A stretch of 64,000 bases of DNA from Eledone cirrhosa (lineage: Eukaryota): the NCBI GenBank assembly GCA_964016885.1, contig OZ024758.1:20088001-20152000 (forward strand), in the 5' to 3' direction. Shown here in pieces: positions 57,553-64,000 of this stretch (positions are counted from its first letter, which is position 1; each line of letters opens with the position of its first letter). The notes under the pieces were generated by a model that saw only the letters and a list, made by a program, of their open reading frames with translations, was not told the origin of the DNA and searched no databases. The position numbers and the translations under genes were made by a program.

Positions 57553-57584
57553 ACCTCTCATTATTGTATATATATATATATAGT

Positions 57585-57967
57585 TGGCGGGGATTAGCAG
57601 TATCGGTGGAGGGTCGGACGCCATGTTTTCCAGCATAGTTACGTCCCTTTACGATCTGAGTTCAAATCCCGCCGAGGTTGACTTTGCCTTTCATCCTTAC
57701 GGGGTCGATACAATAAAGTACCAGTAATGCACTGGGTAGTTGCTGGCCTTGTGCCTAAAAGTAGAAACAATTATTGAGGGCGGTGGATTGGCAGTATCGG
57801 TAGAGCGTCGGACGCCATGATTTCCAGCATAGTTACGTCCCTTTACGATCTGAGTTCAAATCCCGCCAAGGTTACCTTTGCCTTTCATCCTTACGGGGTC
57901 GATAAAATAAGGTACCAATAATGAACTGGGTATGTGCTGGCCTTGTGCCTAAAGTAGAAACAATTAT
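57585..57967 (+). mobile_element. Head-to-tail dimer of full-length SINE family A
   Basis: Copies at 57585-57775 and 57778-57967, each with an A box (tRgcagtatcggtRgag), B box (gagttcaaatccc), core and gtagaaacaattatt tail. Confidence 0.93.
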
Positions 57968-57992
57968 TGTATATATATATATATATATATAT

Positions 57993-58183
57993 AGGAACCA
58001 GTAAGACCCCGACAGCTGAGCTCAAGCCGTTTCGACGGCTAATTCTGGACGGAATTAGCGTCGAAACGGCTTGAGCTCAGCTGTCGGGGTCTTACTGGTT
58101 CCTATTACCCACTCTACTACCTCAAGTATTGAGTACTTTGGTGCGTTATGGTCCACCTGGTTCCTTACCACATTTCCTTCGTT
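57993..58183 (+). mobile_element. Hairpin family H, young copy
   Basis: Palindrome 57991-58105 (loop tggacg) plus a tail ending ccacatttccttcgtt before (AT)n; a tail fragment also at ~54335-54380. Confidence 0.9.
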
Positions 58184-58242
58184 ATATATATATATATATG
58201 TATGTATATATGTACGTGTATGTATATATATGTATGTATGTG

Positions 58243-58283
<41 letters not shown>

Positions 58284-58286
58284 ATT

Positions 58287-58317
<31 letters not shown>

Positions 58318-58861
58318 ATATAATATAATATAATATAATATGTAGATGGTAAAAGTGTATTTTCTATATGCATTGTACGAATATTAATATAACATAGCGA
58401 CTTTATTTGAAAATATACCTTTGTAGAAGGACGTTGCGTGTGATTTAGATTGTACAGTGTTTCACATTGTATTTCTCCGATTATTACTTTGACGCGAAAG
58501 CTTTCAATATTTTTGTGTGGATCATATTCATGAATTTTTAACATATATAAGTGACTAAATATTTCTAAAACTTGTGAATACAGTACGTATTTTTCATTTC
58601 CATATAGGAGAGTTGTATGTTACAGAAATTATATTATAAATATATTCATTGTATCAGGTTACGTACATACATGTCATCGATCTATCGATTAAGCTATCTA
58701 TCTACATTATATATATCGATCTATATTTTAATTGATATATGTATTTATTGATATATAATGTTAAATAATTACGAAAAGGAAAGAAAATCATAAACAGGCG
58801 AAGTAATTAATTAATTTTCTAATATATATATATATATTTATCTAAAGACAATTTCTCCATT

Positions 58862-59022
58862 TCCACTCTACCCTTACCTTCAATCTATCATATTTCTCAC
58901 TTTTTTCTTCTGATGAAGGACTAGCCTCCGAAACGTTAATATCCTATTCCTGCTATTTCAAGTGTTAACCTAATATATGCCTTCCATATACTGTACCGAT
59001 TGTGTTGTTATTTCTGTTTACC

Positions 59023-59028
<6 letters not shown>
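58862..59028 (+). mobile_element. HHR-bearing short repeat family P, copy 3 (HHR at 58906-58941)
   Basis: TCTT-CTGATGA-aGGA ctagcc TCC-GAAA-C-GTT-AATA; ends gttatttctgtttaccttttac directly before a long (AC)n. Confidence 0.8.
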
Positions 59029-59084
<56 letters not shown>

Positions 59085-60058
59085 ACACACATACACACAC
59101 ACACACACACATACACACACGCACACACACGCACCTACCCCCCACACACACATACACACATACACATATACATACACACACACACACATATATATATACA
59201 TACAGTGATACAGAGCGGGAGGGAACGAGATTGTTTAAGTGCATCAGTGAATTACTGGTGCTGGAACCAACATGTGCCCTCGTTGCAAAGGCAGTGTATA
59301 TATATATATATATATAGTGTGTGAATATTTGTTTTATTTGTGTGTAAATATATTGTTGAATCTGTAAATACTACTTATCTAAAACCTTGTTATGGGTTCA
59401 TATATTTGTATCATTCCAATGTTTGACATAATTTACCTTGAATGTAGTTAAATCCTTAGATGTAAAGCTTTCAACAGACAATTTCTATGTAGCTGCGTGC
59501 CTTTCATTTCTTTAGCAGGAGAACAAATTTGCTAGATTATACACGAAGAATTATGTATAATGGGAAAGAAGAATGTGACATAAATGGAATATTAAATGTT
59601 ACTACTTTGGGTTATAAATTTCCCTTCTTAACACGTTTATATCGGGTTTAATAGTGGAAGTGTTACTTTGACATCTAACGCAATTTAATTGAAGTTATGT
59701 CTGAAAATCTGAAATACCATCATAAATATGATTGCTGGAATTAACCGTTGGTGTTGTCGATAATATATCGCAGCTTCATAAATTTGCTGATCCGTCAAAT
59801 CGCCATGACAACGAGTGAAATATAGACAGTAATTTGTCATTAATTTTATATGTCAATCCAGATATTCTTCAGTAAATTCACGTGACAACTGTCGTGATAG
59901 TTAACCATTAAGCTAAAGAACTACGGGTGAAATTTACTGTCTACTTAGAAGAATTAAAGTGAGTAGCATGAAGCTTAGATATCTGTTGACTTAAGAAGCA
60001 GTGGGAAATTATCAAATTGCAAACGTGTACGTTACAAGGCAAATGACCATAATTATAA

Positions 60059-60590
60059 TAATTGTTTCTACTTTTGGCAGAAGGTCAGCAAATACCCAGT
60101 ACATTATTGTTTGCTTTATTTTATCGACCCCGTAAGGATGAAAGTCAAAGTTAACCACGGTGGGATTGAACTCAGATCATATACTGAAAAGTATGATGTC
60201 CGACTCTCTACCTATACTGCCAATCCACGACCATAACTATAATTATTGTTTGTAATTTAAGCACCGGGCCAGCAATTATTTCCAATGCATTACTGGTACT
60301 TTAGTTTATCGGCCCTGTAAGGATAAAAGGCGAAATTAACCTCCACAGGATTTGAACTCACACTGTAAAGGGACGTAATTATACTGGAAAGCATGGCGTC
60401 CGACACTCTAGGGATACTGCTAATTCGCCGCCCTTAATTATAATAATTGTTTCTACTTTAGGCACAAGGCCAGAAATTACCCAGTGCATTACTGGTACTT
60501 TATTTTATCGACCCCGTAAGGATGAAAGGCAAAGTCAACCTCGGTGGGATTTGTACTCAGATCGTAAAGGGACGTAACCATGCTCGAACT
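60059..60590 (-). mobile_element. Head-to-tail trimer of SINE family A
   Basis: Copies at ~60059-60230, 60243-60434 and 60445-60590, separated by short taattataat spacers. Confidence 0.9.
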
Positions 60591-61007
60591 ATGCCCTTAA
60601 TTATAATAATATTCGACCATAATAATTATAATAATGGTCGACCATGATTATAATAATATTCGATCACTATAAATGATTGTTGAATGATAGAGTAAAGAAC
60701 ACTAGGAGACGAGTAAAAGAAATGGAGGTACCTGGAACGATCCTTGCCACGCAGCTCTCAGATTCATGGGCAATGACTTACCTTCTATGGTAGGTAGCCG
60801 ATGGTAACTAATTCCGTTTATTTCGGTTGTAGGTGTCACCTACGATGGATCTAAGAAGTATATGGGAAATGTGAAATTTGACATACATAAGGCACAACGA
60901 ATATGTTTGATGATCATGTCAGTACATAGGCGGAATGATAATGAAGTCTATATTATATATATTTATATATGTGTGTGTGTATATGTGTTTCAAATTTCAA
61001 ATGTATG

Positions 61008-61051
<44 letters not shown>

Positions 61052-62373
61052 TGTGTGTCTGTGTGTGTATGTATGTATCTATGTATATATATATATAAAT
61101 ATTTATATATAGTTAAAAGAGATATTTATAAAAAAAAAATATTTCAGACATACCAATTAAACTATCCTAAAATATGACTATGGTACATATATTTTATTTG
61201 ATTGTTTTTACTACGTTTATGTTCCTACTCAAATCTAATATAAATATATATATATATATTTATATATATTGTTTAACTTTGGAAACCATCGGGTCCACAC
61301 AGTTCACGTGTATTTATATCTTATATATCAAATCTTAAACATTTCCTTATCATAAAGTGTGAAACCATCTTTATGTACTAGGTCTTCCGTGATCAAAAAC
61401 ACTGTTACATTCTAATTTGTTAGTGGATTTTTAATGTATTTTGCTTTTAAAATTTGCACGAAAATTAATTATTACTTAATTATAACGTTATGATTAATAT
61501 AACTGCTTGCAAGGAAAATTATCTTTTACGTGTTAATTAAGGCATTAACCTCTGTGAGTATTTGCATACCCGCAGTTAACAGAATTGTTCAACTCCTGAG
61601 TAATTAATAACTCATCATTCTAATTCCCGAATCGTAAACAAAAATACAATAACTAAAGAAATATACAATTACATTTAATTTGGTGGGTTTCCAGTTAAGA
61701 ACAGAAGAAAATAATAAAAGTCTTAATATCTAATTGATTGGTTCAAATCAAAGAGAAAAATTTAAATTACGAGAGGTGTTATGAATATATAATTAAACCT
61801 CTAATAATATTAACATGCGCATTACATAGCTTCATTAAACATCTAGCTCTGAAGTCCTGGTGCTAATTTGTTTCCTTCAGCCATCATTGCACGTGTTATA
61901 TCGCACTTTTCAGCAAAACATTTAACACAGCATGATATAACTCTTGTGGCTAGAAAAATATATTTTGTTATACTACAAGCCGTTATTTGTATATTCAACT
62001 TTTATCGATATGGGTTGTATTTTTTGAAAGTTGAATTACGCCCTTAAAACTTGAGACTAATACAATGTAATAAAACACAACGTCATCTTCATATGTAATC
62101 GTGTTAGATACATGCATAGAAAGATAAGTTTAAAACATGAGGAATTGTAGAAAGCTTTGCATGTTTATTGGAAGAACATTCTGCATAATAATTTATTTTC
62201 CTGATACGTGCAGTATATAAATATTGTCATCTTTATTTGATACTTCTTTATTTCTCTGGCACAAACAAACAAACACAGTCACACATTTGCAATGTTATCT
62301 TCTCAAATATTTCTTGAAATTCTGTGACATGCAAAATCATATATATATATATATATATATACAGAGAGAGAGA

Positions 62374-62466
<93 letters not shown>

Positions 62467-63119
62467 TGGAATTGGAAATAGCACGGAACATATATTTAAT
62501 GATCTGTTTTTCTTTTTTTCTTAGGCAAGGTGACATTATTAAAAAAAAAAGAGGGACAATTCATTTAAAAAAAATATTCCCCTGCATATTAACTCTCTAA
62601 AAAGGGAAATCATATGATACCCCAGACTACCATTTGCCTCCATCATGGATCAACTAAGCACTCTTGCTATATTAACACATTTTGATCTACTTATCTTCAA
62701 GAACTATGGTTGTAAATAACATTATTTTTTGTTTCACATTGCCATATTATGTTCCACATTACGCCCATTCTTTTTATTTTTTTTTATTTTCACTTCATAA
62801 ATCTTGTTTGTAAATAATATTATTCTTTCTGCACCATTTCTTTAACATGTCCACCACCACCATTTTACACCAATACATATTATTATCATTTGATAATGTA
62901 TAAAAATACTGAAACCGGTAATAGACAAATATTAAATATATAAATAAATAAATAAATGTCATTGTTAATTAATAAATAAATCAAGTAATACCCTAACACT
63001 TCACACAAAGTAAACTGTTTCGTTTTAATCATGTTCTAACACCCCAAAAAGAGAGAAAAAAATAAAAAGGAACAAAATATATTTGTCTTCCTAATAATCG
63101 TCTTTTTCTCCCTCTTTTC

Positions 63120-63185
<66 letters not shown>

Positions 63186-63324
63186 GTGTGTGTGTGTGTT
63201 TGTGTGTATGTGTGTGTGGGAGGGACGTGTGTCTGTGTGTCTGTGTGTGGGTGTTTGATGGCAGCTAAGATGCGTCCATAGGCCGGTTGAGCACTCTATG
63301 CTATATATATATATACACAGACAT

Positions 63325-63378
<54 letters not shown>

Positions 63379-63406
63379 GTGTGTGTGTGCGTGTGTGCGT
63401 GTGTGA

Positions 63407-63505
63407 AGGCGCGGGGTTGTGTTGTACGAGAAGTTGTGACTTCGATTCCTGAAGCGGGCGATGCGTTATGTCCTTGAGCAAGACACTTTATTTCTCGTTG
63501 CTCCC
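63407..63505 (+). mobile_element. SINE family B head
   Basis: gtgacttcgattcctg B-box-like; tgtccttgagcaagacactttatttctcgttgctcc. Confidence 0.7.
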
Positions 63506-64000
63506 TCTACCTAGAGATGCAACCGATAGACATTATTAGCAAGTAGAGAGACGAATACATATATGAGAGGGACGGCACTGTAAAATCCCGACTTCGGTGC
63601 CAACTGGTTTAGGCTTGTGTGCTTAGCAATCCTATAACTTCCCCATGTATCGAGTACTCACATGATCAGTGATCTCGTGCACCTCAGCACCATGCATCAT
63701 ACGTTCACTAAGGGGTTAAGGAACCATTTGCAATCACGAACTGTCACGGATGTCTTCTTGACCCTTCCATCGTTGATCCGGGAAAAGATCCATGGTGTTT
63801 CAGCCGAAAACAGAGAGTGATATATCTGTATGAGGCGATATATTCTGTTATGGACTCCGAAATTATAAAAAAAGTGTTATGGCTGCTTAATCGGCTGTCC
63901 TATTCAAATAACTATAACATACTTCTATTTATTGCTTATGATTGATCGTAGGATTATTCAATGTTAGCAGCGCATAGCTGTCCTCGGAGCGAATGAGTTT

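Noticed and set aside
57778-57870. tRNA gene
   Set aside because: A and B boxes are present, but the spacing is extended, no cloverleaf is evident, and it is always fused to the SINE core.

Overview
This is AT-rich eukaryotic DNA with very dense (TA)n/(CA)n/(CT)n microsatellites. I can support no intact protein-coding gene; almost all ORFs in the supplied track are microsatellite translations. The microsatellite load and the dominant tRNA-derived SINE (about 18 copies, core ...ctttcatccttacggggtcgataaaataaagtaccag...) resemble coleoid cephalopod (Octopus-type) DNA, an inference from recall, not a search. The window holds decayed retroelements: an RTE-like APE+RT LINE, the zinc-knuckle/RLE end of an R4/Dong-like LINE, and three CRE-like 3' ends. 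It also holds a candidate non-autonomous Helitron, a 600-bp direct-repeat pair and an 81-bp minisatellite. The main hidden signal is more than 15 complete, degenerate or half type-I hammerhead ribozyme (HHR) motifs from roughly 10 unrelated short repeat families. Most sit next to (TA)n/(CA)n tracts, often as inverted pairs forming long hairpins, an architecture matching Penelope-like element (PLE) pseudo-LTR remnants. One family has an extended HHR with a conserved U4A core variant. Another appears to have folded back exactly at HHR stem II. All structures were read by eye and none was computationally folded or tested.
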